Of a stretch of 64,000 bases of DNA, positions 48,744-58,658 are shown in pieces (within the stretch, counting starts at the first letter, position 1; each line of letters begins with the position of its first letter). Below the pieces are notes generated by a model. The model did not search any database and had not been told where the DNA came from. It saw only the letters and a list, made by a program, of their open reading frames with translations. A program made the position numbers and the translations under genes. This DNA comes from Trueperaceae bacterium (GTDB taxonomy: Bacteria > Deinococcota > Deinococci > Deinococcales > Trueperaceae): the NCBI GenBank assembly GCA_965214405.1, contig OZ243956.1, forward strand, positions 4,224,001 through 4,288,000. Reading direction: 5' to 3'.

Positions 48744-49786
48744 TCCTCACGCGCGCCCCGAAAGAGGACGCGGCGGTTCATTCGTTCCAAACTTTTGCGG
48801 TACAGGGGGTCGTAGTAGTCGGTCAAGAGCGGCGCAATCCAGGCGCGGTGGGCTCCTGATTCTCCCCACGCCCCGCTCCGCGCCGCCTCGTTAAGCGCCT
48901 CCACGCCGCGCGCGGTGGCGGGGCCGCCGAGACGCTTTTTGAGCCGGAGCAGCCGCGACGCTAGGGACGCGCGCACTTGCTCTATGCCCTCGAGTTCACC
49001 GGGGCGGAGTACATAATCTCGGTGGATGTTCTTAGTACGCTCCTCCAACGGCTCCTCCACCAGCACCAACGGATTCGTCTCGACGGCGTAAAAGAGCGCG
49101 TCGGGCACCTGCCGCTCGCCGACGTTGCGCGACTCGTCCTCGAGCACCAGCCAGCGGGCTTTGGATAGCGCGAGTTTAGCGCCCAGGCTGTTCTCAAACG
49201 TCGCCTGACTCGGCTGCGGCCCCAAGCCCCCAAAGGCGCTGCCCCGGTGGTTCGCCTCGGCCTCTAAGTCGAGCGCCAGCGCGTCCACCCGCGCGCGCGC
49301 CACATCTTTAAGCAAATCCGTCTTGCCCGTGCCGGTCAAGCCTGCAATGACGAGCGTCGGCAGCGTCGGGACGAGACGCTCAGACGCGTTCGTAACGTGC
49401 GCCCTTAACGCTTTGTAACCGCCCGCCACCCGGCGCACGTTACGCAAGCCGATAAACTCGGTGGCGAGTTCGCTCCGCAAACCGCCGCGCCAGCAGGTCA
49501 CGGCGGTCGGCCCCGCCTCGCACACCGCCCGCCAGCGCGCCACGCGCTCCGGCATCGCCTCATCCGTCAGTTCGTGACCCAGCGCGACCGCCGCCGCCTG
49601 CCCCGCCTCCTTATACCGGACGCCGACAAGGTGACGCTCCGAATTGGTGAGAATGGGCTCGTTCACAGAAAAAGGCATCGCGCCGCGCGCATATTCAAGG
49701 GGCGCGCGCACGTCCAAAAGGGTAAAGGGAGACGCGCCGCCGCCCTCGGCGTAAAGCTCGTGCGGTTGGAGGAGCGCGCCGTTCAC
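48698..49786 (-). CDS. selU: tRNA 2-selenouridine synthase
   Basis: Rhodanese CWRGGLRS, GGYKA, GLTGTGKT, HRGSAFG, EDES, YYDPLY. Confidence 0.92.
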   Translation of the reverse strand: MNGALLQPHELYAEGGGASPFTLLDVRAPLEYARGAMPFSVNEPILTNSERHLVGVRYKEAGQAAAVALGHELTDEAMPERVARWRAVCEAGPTAVTCWRGGLRSELATEFIGLRNVRRVAGGYKALRAHVTNASERLVPTLPTLVIAGLTGTGKTDLLKDVARARVDALALDLEAEANHRGSAFGGLGPQPSQATFENSLGAKLALSKARWLVLEDESRNVGERQVPDALFYAVETNPLVLVEEPLEERTKNIHRDYVLRPGELEGIEQVRASLASRLLRLKKRLGGPATARGVEALNEAARSGAWGESGAHRAWIAPLLTDYYDPLYRKSLERMNRRVLFRGAREECTAWLTQHPLPPSA

Positions 49787-50046
49787 CCGACCAGTCTAAC
49801 AAGCCCCGGCTTTGGGATGTCGCGCTGCTGCACGGTTCTTGTTCGCCCACGTTGCGCGGGTGTTGGATGAGCCTAGAAAGTGCCGAGTAATGAGTCCCGG
49901 GCGCCAAAGCTTCCTTGGCCAAGGCTCGTAGGCTGAGGGTGCAGGTTATTTTGATAGCGGCTCGAGCTTCCCGCACCCCACCCATAACGTTTGGTTAACA
50001 GCCCCTGGCTGACAGCGCCCGCGTCTTTGCGATAGCATAAACGGTG

Positions 50047-51243
50047 ATGAGCAAGTACGTGGTCCACCTTCTTCAGCCCCTTGATATGCCCGCGCGCACC
50101 GTCGCCTTTCACGCCGCGCCGCATCTGCGGGTCGAGGCGGACAGGCTCGAGCAGGTGTTGGCGCGGGGTCCCGGCGTCGTGACCCAGCCGACCAGCCGCA
50201 CAGAAGCGCAGCGCGTGGCGGATATCTTGGCCGCGGCGGGCGCGCCCGCGCAGGTGCGGCCTGCTGCGCCCAACGTTGACGTGTTTCCCGCGCCGCCGGG
50301 CGTAGCGTCTGGGGTAGGCTCGAGCGCCGGTGCTTCTGACTTCTCCAACCTCCCGAACCGGCGCGAGCCCACGCGCCGCCTCTCGCTACGCGGCAAGCTG
50401 CTCTTGCTCACGCTCCTGCCCGTGCTGCTCCTCTCGGGGGCGACGCTCTACGTCGGCTTCGGGGCGGTGCGGGAGCTCTCTACCACCCTGTCGGCGTCCT
50501 GGGCTGACGCGCTGGCGCTCACGCTGGCGTCCGACATAAGCGCGACGGTCGCCCAGAACGGGCTCGCCGTCGGAGAAACATTCGACGAGGACGTGGCCCG
50601 TTACGTCACGGAGCGCTTGCGCCTCAACCAGGCCGGGCTGCGCGACGTGGTGGGCGTTGCCGTCACGGACGCCGCAGGGCGGCCTCTGGTGCTGAGCTGG
50701 TCGCCCGAGCGCCCCAACCCGCCCCCGGACGTGCTCCGGGCGGTAGCAACCGCGACGCTTAGGGCGAGCGACTTCGGGGAAAACGCCGCCGCCTTCTCCG
50801 CCACGCTGAACGCCCGCACGCGGCGCTTTGGCGACGGTTTTGTTACTGGTCCTGGCAGTGGTTCTGATGGTTCCGCCGGGAATCTCAACGGTGTGCTGCT
50901 GGTCGGCGCACCCCTGCTGAGCGATGTGGGCACGGTGCAGGTGGCGCTAGACGCCGACGCGTCATCGCTGACCGCTGGGTTTGCGCGACCTCTTCTTCTC
51001 GTGGTACTCGGGGTGTTGCTTTTGGCGACGCTCTCCGTGATTTTGTTCGCGTCGCGCCTCACGAGGCGGCTGCGCGTGCTCACGACCGCCGCCAACCACC
51101 TTTCGTTAGGGGAACTCGATGAGCCCGTCGCGCTACGCGGCAATGATGAGATGCGCGACTTGGCCGAGGCCTTGGAACACATGCGCGTCGCCCTGCGCGC
51201 GGCGGTGTCGCAGATGCGGCGGCGGGAGGGGCGGGGCCGTTAG
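50047..51243 (+). CDS. Membrane HAMP-domain sensor-like protein without output domain
   Basis: Two TM segments; C-terminal HAMP (NDEMRDLAEALEHMR). Confidence 0.75.
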   Translation: MSKYVVHLLQPLDMPARTVAFHAAPHLRVEADRLEQVLARGPGVVTQPTSRTEAQRVADILAAAGAPAQVRPAAPNVDVFPAPPGVASGVGSSAGASDFSNLPNRREPTRRLSLRGKLLLLTLLPVLLLSGATLYVGFGAVRELSTTLSASWADALALTLASDISATVAQNGLAVGETFDEDVARYVTERLRLNQAGLRDVVGVAVTDAAGRPLVLSWSPERPNPPPDVLRAVATATLRASDFGENAAAFSATLNARTRRFGDGFVTGPGSGSDGSAGNLNGVLLVGAPLLSDVGTVQVALDADASSLTAGFARPLLLVVLGVLLLATLSVILFASRLTRRLRVLTTAANHLSLGELDEPVALRGNDEMRDLAEALEHMRVALRAAVSQMRRREGRGR

Positions 51244-51294
51244 CGTCGGAATGAACCCGCCCCAGGAAAGTCGGATTCAAGCTACAGTGAAGAA

Positions 51295-52053
51295 ATGAAG
51301 TTTGAACTGGTGCCCACTTTAGGGAAACTGCGCGAGCTGTACTCGTTGCCTCGTGGGCCGGAACGTTTTGAAACCTATATAAACCTTACCGTCGGCGGCG
51401 CGCAGAGAACCGCGGATATAGCCCTGCCGCCGCTCGTCATGGCGAATCCGATGGCAAAAGAGAGCGTTCTGGCGGTTGTTGAAGCCTGGCTCGAGCTTGA
51501 GGCCGAAAGCGTCGCCGCAGACACGCTCAAGGAGGCTGCTAAGCGCCTCGAGGCGCTACCCTTCGCGCATACCGTCAACACCGTCAAGGTCGGGCTGACG
51601 GTGCTCGATGACGCGGGTGGCGGCTGGACGAACCGCACGATGAATGACGCGGCGCGGTTCCAAACGGGCAAATCGTTAATAAAAACAGGCTGGATGAGCG
51701 TCAATCTCTGGACGAGCGAAGCGCCGAATTTAGAGGCGTTGCGGCGGGTCGTCCTTGAAGCGGTTCGCCGCGCTGCCTACGTCACCGAGCAGGGCGACCC
51801 GCACACGTTGGGAGAGATGATGCGGCAAGAAGGACGTGCCTCCGCTTTCGCCGGGCGCACCGTAACGTTTGACGCCGAAGAACTCGAGTATTCTCGCGCA
51901 GTAATTAAACCCTACCGCTCGAGCACCCAGCAACCCACCGTTATCGCCTGTTTATACGGTGACGACGCGGCTCGAGCGTGCGGCTACACGCCCTTGGGTC
52001 TGTCTAAAGACGCCGGGTTTGAGGTGGGGTTGGCCGACGCGCTTGGGATATGA
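51295..52053 (+). CDS. Hypothetical protein
   Basis: 252-aa ORF, leaderless TACAGT. Confidence 0.65.
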   Translation: MKFELVPTLGKLRELYSLPRGPERFETYINLTVGGAQRTADIALPPLVMANPMAKESVLAVVEAWLELEAESVAADTLKEAAKRLEALPFAHTVNTVKVGLTVLDDAGGGWTNRTMNDAARFQTGKSLIKTGWMSVNLWTSEAPNLEALRRVVLEAVRRAAYVTEQGDPHTLGEMMRQEGRASAFAGRTVTFDAEELEYSRAVIKPYRSSTQQPTVIACLYGDDAARACGYTPLGLSKDAGFEVGLADALGI

Positions 52054-52092
52054 CAAGGGATTCTGAAGAGAGGTCGTAGACTTTTTTCTTTG

Positions 52093-52494
52093 CTACTTGC
52101 CCGTTTGCCGACCCTCCAAATGCCTGACCAAATCCCCATACGCCGCGTTGATCCGTTTCACCACTTCCGTCGCGGTTTCCCTATGAACCGGGTCCTGATA
52201 ACGGTCCGGGTGGTAGAGCTTCATGAGACGCTTGTAGGCCGCGCGCACGCTCTGCAAGTCGGCGCCGTAGGGGAGCTCGAGCGCCCGGTAGTGCGCCGCT
52301 AACTTCGGGTCAACCCCCGCACGTGATGAAGTCCTGGACGAGCTTCCGGACGAGGTTTTAGAGCCCTCACCATCTTCCCACGCGTTACCGGCAGCACCGC
52401 CCGCACCGCTGTTAGACCGGTACGTGGGCCTGCTGCTAAGTCGGTGATTTAGTTCAGCGCGCAGCAGGCGCAGCAGGCGCGCGGGGATGCTCAC
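52093..52494 (-). CDS. DnaJ-domain protein
   Basis: YKRLMKLYHPD...INAAY. Confidence 0.88.
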   Translation of the reverse strand: MSIPARLLRLLRAELNHRLSSRPTYRSNSGAGGAAGNAWEDGEGSKTSSGSSSRTSSRAGVDPKLAAHYRALELPYGADLQSVRAAYKRLMKLYHPDRYQDPVHRETATEVVKRINAAYGDLVRHLEGRQTGK

Positions 52495-52561
52495 AGGACA
52501 CCTATACTAAACGGCTCGAGAAGACCACGACGTCTCAACCTGTACATTCTTAGAGAAGGCG

Positions 52562-53806
52562 CTAAGGCATTCCGAACTGACGCGCCAGTTTGGTCACCTC
52601 GGCGCGAACGGTCGTGGAGTCCTCCCCCTGAAGCGTGCGGTCAATGAGCCCGGCGATGCTCCGCATCTCCGCCTCCTTCATGCCCCTCGTGGTCAGGGCG
52701 GGCGTGCCGATGCGGACGCCCGAGGTCACAAAGGGCGAACGCGTATCAAAGGGAATCGTATTTTTATTGACCGTAATACCCGCTTCGTCGAGCACGTTCT
52801 GCGCCTTTTTGCCGCTCATATCCCTCGCGGTGAGGTCGAGCAAAAAGTTGTGGTTGTCCGTTCCGCCCGACACCACGCGGTAGCCCCTCTCTTGCAGGGC
52901 GCTAGCGAGCGCCTGGGCGTTCGCCACAATCTGCCGCGCGTAGAGCTTAAATTCAGGTTGCAGCGCCTCAAAAAAGGCCACGGCCTTGCCCGCAATCACG
53001 TGCTCCAACGGTCCGCCTTGAGAGCCGGGAAAAATCATCTTGTCGATGCGCTTGCCTAGCTCCTCATCATTGGACAAGATGATGGCGCTACGCGGCCCGC
53101 GCAGACTCTTATGAGTGGTCGTCATGGTCACGTGCGCGTGGGGCAGGGGACTCGGATGCACGCCGCCCGCGATGAGGCCCGAGATGTGCGACACGTCGGC
53201 CAGGAGCGTCGCGCCCACCTCGTCGGCGATGGCGCGGAATCGGGCAAAATCAATCTCACGGCTGTAGGCGGTGGCCCCGCAGATGATGAGTTTGGGCTTG
53301 TGCTCCCTCGCTAGCGCCCGCGCCGCGTCGTAGTCGATGCGCTCGCCCTCCCTATCCACGCCGTACGACACCACGTTGTAAAGGATGCCGGATAAATTTA
53401 CCGGGCTGCCGTGCGTCAGGTGGCCTCCATGTGACAAGTCCATCCCCATGAGCGTGTCGCCGGGCTCTAACACCGTGTGATAAATAACAAAGTTCGCCGT
53501 CGAGCCCGAGTGCGGCTGCACGTTCGCCCAGGCCGCGCTGAAAAGCTCTTTGGCCCGGTCAATCGCCAACTGTTCGACCTCGTCCACCACTTCGCAGCCG
53601 CCGTAGTAGCGCTTGCCGGGATAGCCCTCGGCGTATTTGTTGGTCAGCACCGAGCCGACCGCGTCCATGACCGCCTGCGAGGTGAAGTTTTCCGAGGCGA
53701 TGAGCTCCAAACCGTCGCGCTGACGCTCAAACTCCCGTTGAATAAGCTCAAACGTCCTGTCGTCGCGCTTTTGCGTGTTCATCTGTGAAGGAGCAAGTAC
53801 GCTCAC
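52562..53806 (-). CDS. glyA: Serine hydroxymethyltransferase
   Basis: [39 protein letters not shown] before GTG 53806. Confidence 0.97.
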   Translation of the reverse strand: MSVLAPSQMNTQKRDDRTFELIQREFERQRDGLELIASENFTSQAVMDAVGSVLTNKYAEGYPGKRYYGGCEVVDEVEQLAIDRAKELFSAAWANVQPHSGSTANFVIYHTVLEPGDTLMGMDLSHGGHLTHGSPVNLSGILYNVVSYGVDREGERIDYDAARALAREHKPKLIICGATAYSREIDFARFRAIADEVGATLLADVSHISGLIAGGVHPSPLPHAHVTMTTTHKSLRGPRSAIILSNDEELGKRIDKMIFPGSQGGPLEHVIAGKAVAFFEALQPEFKLYARQIVANAQALASALQERGYRVVSGGTDNHNFLLDLTARDMSGKKAQNVLDEAGITVNKNTIPFDTRSPFVTSGVRIGTPALTTRGMKEAEMRSIAGLIDRTLQGEDSTTVRAEVTKLARQFGMP

Positions 53807-53935
53807 CTGAGCACCTCTTTCGTTACTTTTATGGTTTTCCAACCTTGATGATGTCTCTACTGTTACGTCACAGGTTCGTGCCCGGAGTATAGCAGCTAGC
53901 TGGCGGCGGGCGCGTTCTCGAGCTCTGCGCAAAAA

Positions 53936-54487
53936 TTACAAAAAAGGCGTCTGGATGTAGATATCTTCCATCGTCAAACTCACGTCGGCGCAGGGGATGG
54001 GGACGGTGTCGCCTTTGGCGAAATGCCTCTCTTCCCAGCCGTTTTCGCCGCTATAGTAGCCCGTGACGAAGCGGCGGCGGCTGTCGACGAGCAAGTAGAG
54101 GCGTAAACTCGGCAGCTTTTCGTAGGCGTAACGTTTCTCGTTCCCGTCGGTGCGGACGGTGCTGGGGCTGATGACCTCAACGATGACGCAGGGTTTATCT
54201 TTGTAGTAGGGGTCGGGGCCGTCGTCGCAGACGAACATCACATCGGGATAATAAAAAACTTCATCGGCGGCGCGAACCTTCATGTCGCTCGCGTAAACTC
54301 TACATCCTTTTTGTCGAGCCGCGGGGTTGAGGGCCACAACGATATTCAAGCCAATCGTGTTATGCACGTCGCTAGCACCCGCCATTGCGAACACTTCGCC
54401 GTGAACGTATTCGTACCGGACGGAGGCGTCTTTTTCGCCCTCGAGATAATCCTCCACACACACGCTGTAAAAGTTCGGCATCGCCAT
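53936..54487 (-). CDS. Uma2 family (DUF820) endonuclease
   Basis: YEYVHGEVFAMAG, YPDV, VEVISPST. Confidence 0.9.
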   Translation of the reverse strand: MAMPNFYSVCVEDYLEGEKDASVRYEYVHGEVFAMAGASDVHNTIGLNIVVALNPAARQKGCRVYASDMKVRAADEVFYYPDVMFVCDDGPDPYYKDKPCVIVEVISPSTVRTDGNEKRYAYEKLPSLRLYLLVDSRRRFVTGYYSGENGWEERHFAKGDTVPIPCADVSLTMEDIYIQTPFL

Positions 54488-54501
54488 AACCCCGTTCTAG
54501 C

Positions 54502-55077
54502 CTACGCCCAGCTAATCGAGGCGAGGCGACCGTCGGCTTTATAATGCGTCACGCCGATACGCACCCCTTCTCGACCTGCTGGGTCGCGCCGCACGTCGCT
54601 GACAAGGTGGGGTAAAGTCTGGTCCGTCGTTTCGATAATGTCTAACCCGGCAAACGCTTCGGGTTCTTTCCAGTGGAGCGTACCTTCGGTGCATTCGGGT
54701 AGAGCATAGGTTTTTAGTTCAGCCGTGTAGTAGAGAAGCCCGGTGAGCGGTTCGCCCGCGCGGTTGTGGTACAAAACGCGGCGCAGCGAGAGGTGGTTGA
54801 TGTCAGCCTCTGTAATCTCTGTTTCCTCCGCAAGCTCGCGCAGCGCCGAGGTGCGGAGGTCGTTCGTCTCGTCCGCTTCGACCCTGCCGCCGACGCCCGT
54901 CCAGCGGTTTGGGGCCAAGCGTTTGGTGGGGGCGCGGTGGAGGAGCAAGTAACGCCCTTCAAAGTGCAAAAAGACGACGGTGTAGAGGGCGAAGGCGTTG
55001 GGTTTCGTTGAAGGGGGTTTGATTGAAAAGGTTTTGGGTGAGGGCTCGAGCCGGTCCTGTGGCTCACGTTCACTCAC
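54502..55077 (-). CDS. NUDIX hydrolase
   Basis: GGRVEADE...ALRELAEET. Confidence 0.85.
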   Translation of the reverse strand: MSEREPQDRLEPSPKTFSIKPPSTKPNAFALYTVVFLHFEGRYLLLHRAPTKRLAPNRWTGVGGRVEADETNDLRTSALRELAEETEITEADINHLSLRRVLYHNRAGEPLTGLLYYTAELKTYALPECTEGTLHWKEPEAFAGLDIIETTDQTLPHLVSDVRRDPAGREGVRIGVTHYKADGRLASISWA

Positions 55078-55080
55078 CCG

Positions 55081-55365
55081 TCACCGCCTCTCGTAAGCAG
55101 AATTGTGGTCCGGGTGGAGCGAGACGAACCGGAGCACGTCGCCCTCGCGCTGCACCACCGCGCGGCACTTCTGCGTCACCCGGACGGTGTAAGCCTCAAC
55201 CCCCACCGATTTGATGCTCTCCCAGCGCAGCCCTTTGTCGCGGTAGACCCGTTCCCACGAGAGCTGCTTTGGCTTGCGCAACGTTTTGAAAAAGGCGAGC
55301 AGTTCGCTCTTCTCGAGCCCCATGAGTTCCGCCTGAAAGGTTGCGTTGTTGAGGTCAAACTCCAC
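55081..55365 (-). CDS. RelE/ParE-like putative toxin, paralog of 45430-45735
   Basis: GLRWESI...YTVRVTQKCRA...FVSLHPDHNSAY. Confidence 0.6.
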   Translation of the reverse strand: MEFDLNNATFQAELMGLEKSELLAFFKTLRKPKQLSWERVYRDKGLRWESIKSVGVEAYTVRVTQKCRAVVQREGDVLRFVSLHPDHNSAYERR

Positions 55366-55649
55366 TACTCAAGCGGCTCCCCGTGCTCCCTCTCCCAGCG
55401 CGCACGGACGTCCGCCTCGAAACCGTCCAGATCAGTTTTTTTCGCGGGTGTCTCGCGCGCCCACGCCAGGCCCGCCTCGAGCTTGCTCTTGGCCGGTTCC
55501 TCGTGCAACCATAGTTCATTGTCGGGGATAACCTGCGCCGTGCGGATGACCCACACACCCTCTTCTGGGCTGTCCACCACCACGGTGCGCCCCGCATATT
55601 CTTTACCCAACGAGATTTAACCGCTCGCCCCAACCGTTTTAATGTTCAT
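55365..55649 (-). pseudogene. AbrB-like antitoxin with in-frame TAA at 55617-55619
   Basis: MNIKTVGASG*ISLGKEYAG versus paralog GQSGQLTLGKQYAG (CAA>TAA). Confidence 0.7.
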
Positions 55650-55739
55650 GCCGCACGATAACACAAAAATGTAGGCTGACATCAACACATCCTGCATGCG
55701 CACCTGAAGCAGACCAGCGCCGTTCGCGTACAATGCCCC

Positions 55740-56311
55740 ATGAACTACACCACCTTAGGCAAAACCGGCCTCTCAAATCCGGGCGGGTGCGCTATAGCGG
55801 GGCCTCGAGCATGTTCGCCTACCAATTCACGCAGGCGCTCTACAAGGCCGACCTTCATGGCTGGACCCGCTTCGCCTCGATGCAAAACCACTACAACCTC
55901 CTCTACCGCGAGGAGGAGCGCGAGATGCTGCCCCTCTGTGAGGCCGAGGGCGTCGGCGTCTTGCCCTGGAGCCCTTTGGCGAGGGGCTACCTGACCCGCC
56001 GCCCGCGCGAAAAAACCGCCACCACCCGCGGCGAGAGCGACGACTTTTCCAAGCGCATGTACAGTGCCGAAGGCGACGACGCCATCATTAACCGCGTCGT
56101 GGCCTCTGCCGAGGCGCGCGGCGTGTCGAGCGCGCAGGTCGCGCTCGCCTGGCTCTTGCACCGCCCCGGCGTCACCGCGCCGATTGTCGGGGCGACGAAG
56201 ATGAAGCATTTGGAGGACGCTATCGAGGCCGTAGACCTTACCTTGTCGGAAGAGGAGCGGGCGGGGCTCGAGGCGGCGTACGCGCCGCGTCCGGTGTTGG
56301 GGCACGCTTAA
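55740..56311 (+). pseudogene. Aldo/keto reductase with large internal deletion
   Basis: N-terminal MNYTTLGKTGL joined out of frame to KSGRVRY.GASSM...QNHYNLLYREEERE...PWSPLARG; catalytic N-terminal half missing. Confidence 0.8.
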
Positions 56312-56507
56312 AGGAAAAAAATCGGCTCTCGGGGGGCTTTGAACGTGTTCACTCTCTTACAGTGCATTCATACTAGAATCTCAGGTAGTACCGGGTCTAT
56401 CAAAACTTCTCATTTTGATACACAATAGACTACATTATCTGTTGTGACGGTTGTTGTGGTTGACCCCGCTGAAGGTTCTGAGGCAAATATAGAGTGAAGG
56501 AGTCCGT

Positions 56508-57425
56508 GTGAGCGACATTTCCTTTCGGGCCGCGTTTGACGCCCTCACCGACCACGTCGTGGTGCTTGACGCGGAGGGTCGCGTGGTGGCGGTAAACAGG
56601 GCTCTGCAAGGGTTTGCCGACGCTCTGGGCGTGTCCTTACAAGTTGACGCTCCTTATATAGACGTTTTTCTGGGACTTTATGGTCCGCCCGACGAAGCTG
56701 CGACGTTGAGTCGGGGGGTTGACGCTGTACTGGGGGGCGAAAGGCCGAGTTACGGGCTCGAGCACCCCTGCCACACCCAACCGCGCTGGTTCAGCGTCAT
56801 GGTAACGCCGCTGCCGGGACCGCAGGATGGGGCGGCCACAAGTGGGGTCGTCGTGCAACACCGAGACATCACCGAATTCAAGGAGCGCGAAGCGGCTATT
56901 TTTACCCTCGCGCACCGTGACGCGCTGACCGGGCTCATGAACCGCCGCCACTTTTCAGACGAGGCCGAAAAGCTCCTCGTCCTCTCCCGCCGCTCCCGCT
57001 TGATGTCCGCCATCATCTACCTCGACCTGGACGGTTTCAAGGCAGTTAACGACACGCACGGTCACGCCGCGGGCGACGCCCTGTTGCGGTCGGTGGCCAC
57101 CCGGCTAAAGGCGCACGCGCGGCAGAGCGACCTCTTGGCGCGCTTCGGGGGCGACGAGTTTGTTATCTTCCTTTTTGACTCCACCGAGGCGCAGAGCCTC
57201 ACCACCGCGAGGCGCTATCAAAACTCGCTCTTGCAGCCTTTCAAGGTTCGTGGTCGCGCGCTCAACGTGCGGGGCAGCTTTGGACTCGCGCACTTTCCGC
57301 ACAATGGCGACACGGTGGACGAACTCTTGTCCCACGCTGACGACGCCATGTACGCGGCCAAGGCGTTGGGAGGCGGGATTCACTTCTACCCGCCGACGCC
57401 GCGCCTGTTCCGGGAACGTGTTTAG
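56508..57425 (+). CDS. PAS-GGDEF diguanylate cyclase
   Basis: DALTGLMNRR, DLDGFKAVND, RFGGDEF. Confidence 0.93.
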   Translation: MSDISFRAAFDALTDHVVVLDAEGRVVAVNRALQGFADALGVSLQVDAPYIDVFLGLYGPPDEAATLSRGVDAVLGGERPSYGLEHPCHTQPRWFSVMVTPLPGPQDGAATSGVVVQHRDITEFKEREAAIFTLAHRDALTGLMNRRHFSDEAEKLLVLSRRSRLMSAIIYLDLDGFKAVNDTHGHAAGDALLRSVATRLKAHARQSDLLARFGGDEFVIFLFDSTEAQSLTTARRYQNSLLQPFKVRGRALNVRGSFGLAHFPHNGDTVDELLSHADDAMYAAKALGGGIHFYPPTPRLFRERV

Positions 57426-57615
57426 ACTGGGTTCTGTTGACGTTTCGGTTTGGCTAAGCGGGTTCTTAGGGGGACTGGGCGAGAGAAGTAAGGAACAAGA
57501 GGTAGGAAGTAAGAAGGCGCGGGGGAGAGGAAACGGTTCGCTTTCTGTGGGTCTCATGTCTTCGTTCCTTTTTGCTCGAGCCGCACCCTCTCACCCAAGC
57601 ACATGTTTTGCCACG

Positions 57616-58545
57616 TCAACCGAGTAACTTGTCGAGTTCACTCTCTATATTCGTGCGCTCGAAGGTAAAACCTTCTTTTAGCAGCTTTGCGGGTAGCGCC
57701 TTGGCGCTCGGCAGGAGGACGGTGTCGGCCACGCCGCCCGTTGCCAGGCGCAAGGCAAAGGCGGGGGCGGCGATGGTGGGGCGGCGTAAGCGGCGCGCGG
57801 CTTCGCGCGCCAAGTCGCCCTGCCGCACGGGTTCGGGGGCGCTTAGGTTATAGACGCCTCGGCTCTCTTCATGTCCGATGAGAAAAAGCATCGCCCCAAC
57901 CAAATCGTCTGCATCTATCCAGGGCCACCACTGCCGCCCGCTGCCAAAGGGGCCGCCGACGCCGAGGCGGATGGGCGCGAGCATCTTTTGCCAACCCGGC
58001 GCGTCCTGAGCGAGCACGACGCCGATGCGACCAATCACCAGCCGCGCGCCGTTCGCGTCCCCGGCGGCCCGTTCCCAGGCGTCGCAGACCTCGGCGAGAA
58101 AGAAGCCCGCGTCTTTGGGCGCGTTTTCATCCAGCGCGGCCTCGCCCGCGTCGCCGTAGTAGCCCGTGGCGGAGGCCTGAAACCAGACGGGGGGCGGGTT
58201 GGGGCAAAGGCGGTGGGCGTGGAGCAGCGTCCGCGTACTATCGACCCGGCTCTCCAACACCCGCCTCTTGTGCGCCTCCCCCAACCGACCGTCGGCCACC
58301 GACGCGCCCGCTAGGTTGACAAGCGCGCTCGCCCCGTCGAGACCCTCGGCCAAGGCCTCGAGCGCCCTCCTGTCCCCTTCTTTCGCCGCCTCGGGCCGCC
58401 ACACCGTCGGCGTCGCGCCTTTGTGTTCCGTAGCCGAGCTCCGCGTGAGCGTGCGTATCCGGTAGCGGTCTCCCGCTGCCCTAATAAGATGCGTGCCGAT
58501 GACCCCCGACGCCCCGGCGATGACTAGAATAGGTTTCTGACTCAT
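57616..58545 (-). CDS. TIGR01777-family NAD-dependent epimerase
   Basis: GASGVIG, VNLAGA, ESRVDST, GSGRQWWPWI. Confidence 0.88.
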   Translation of the reverse strand: MSQKPILVIAGASGVIGTHLIRAAGDRYRIRTLTRSSATEHKGATPTVWRPEAAKEGDRRALEALAEGLDGASALVNLAGASVADGRLGEAHKRRVLESRVDSTRTLLHAHRLCPNPPPVWFQASATGYYGDAGEAALDENAPKDAGFFLAEVCDAWERAAGDANGARLVIGRIGVVLAQDAPGWQKMLAPIRLGVGGPFGSGRQWWPWIDADDLVGAMLFLIGHEESRGVYNLSAPEPVRQGDLAREAARRLRRPTIAAPAFALRLATGGVADTVLLPSAKALPAKLLKEGFTFERTNIESELDKLLG

Positions 58546-58613
58546 AGTCTCACGATACGAGAAGCGAGCCCGTGAGAGTGAGGGACACGGAACGAAGCAG
58601 GGTGACAGAAAAG

Positions 58614-58649
58614 AACAGGGTGTAACTGTCCGCGTTCACACCCTGTTTT
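58614..58649. terminator. Intrinsic terminator after the ExeM gene
   Basis: AACAGGGTGT...ACACCCTGTT stem with A/T flanks. Confidence 0.6.
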
Positions 58650-58658
58650 GCATTCGCG

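Noticed and set aside
50136..50152. 17-nt match GGCGGACAGGCTCGAGC between spacer 15 and the HAMP gene
   Set aside because: Covers under half the spacer, includes the over-represented CTCGAG, and flanks mismatch; not credible self-targeting.
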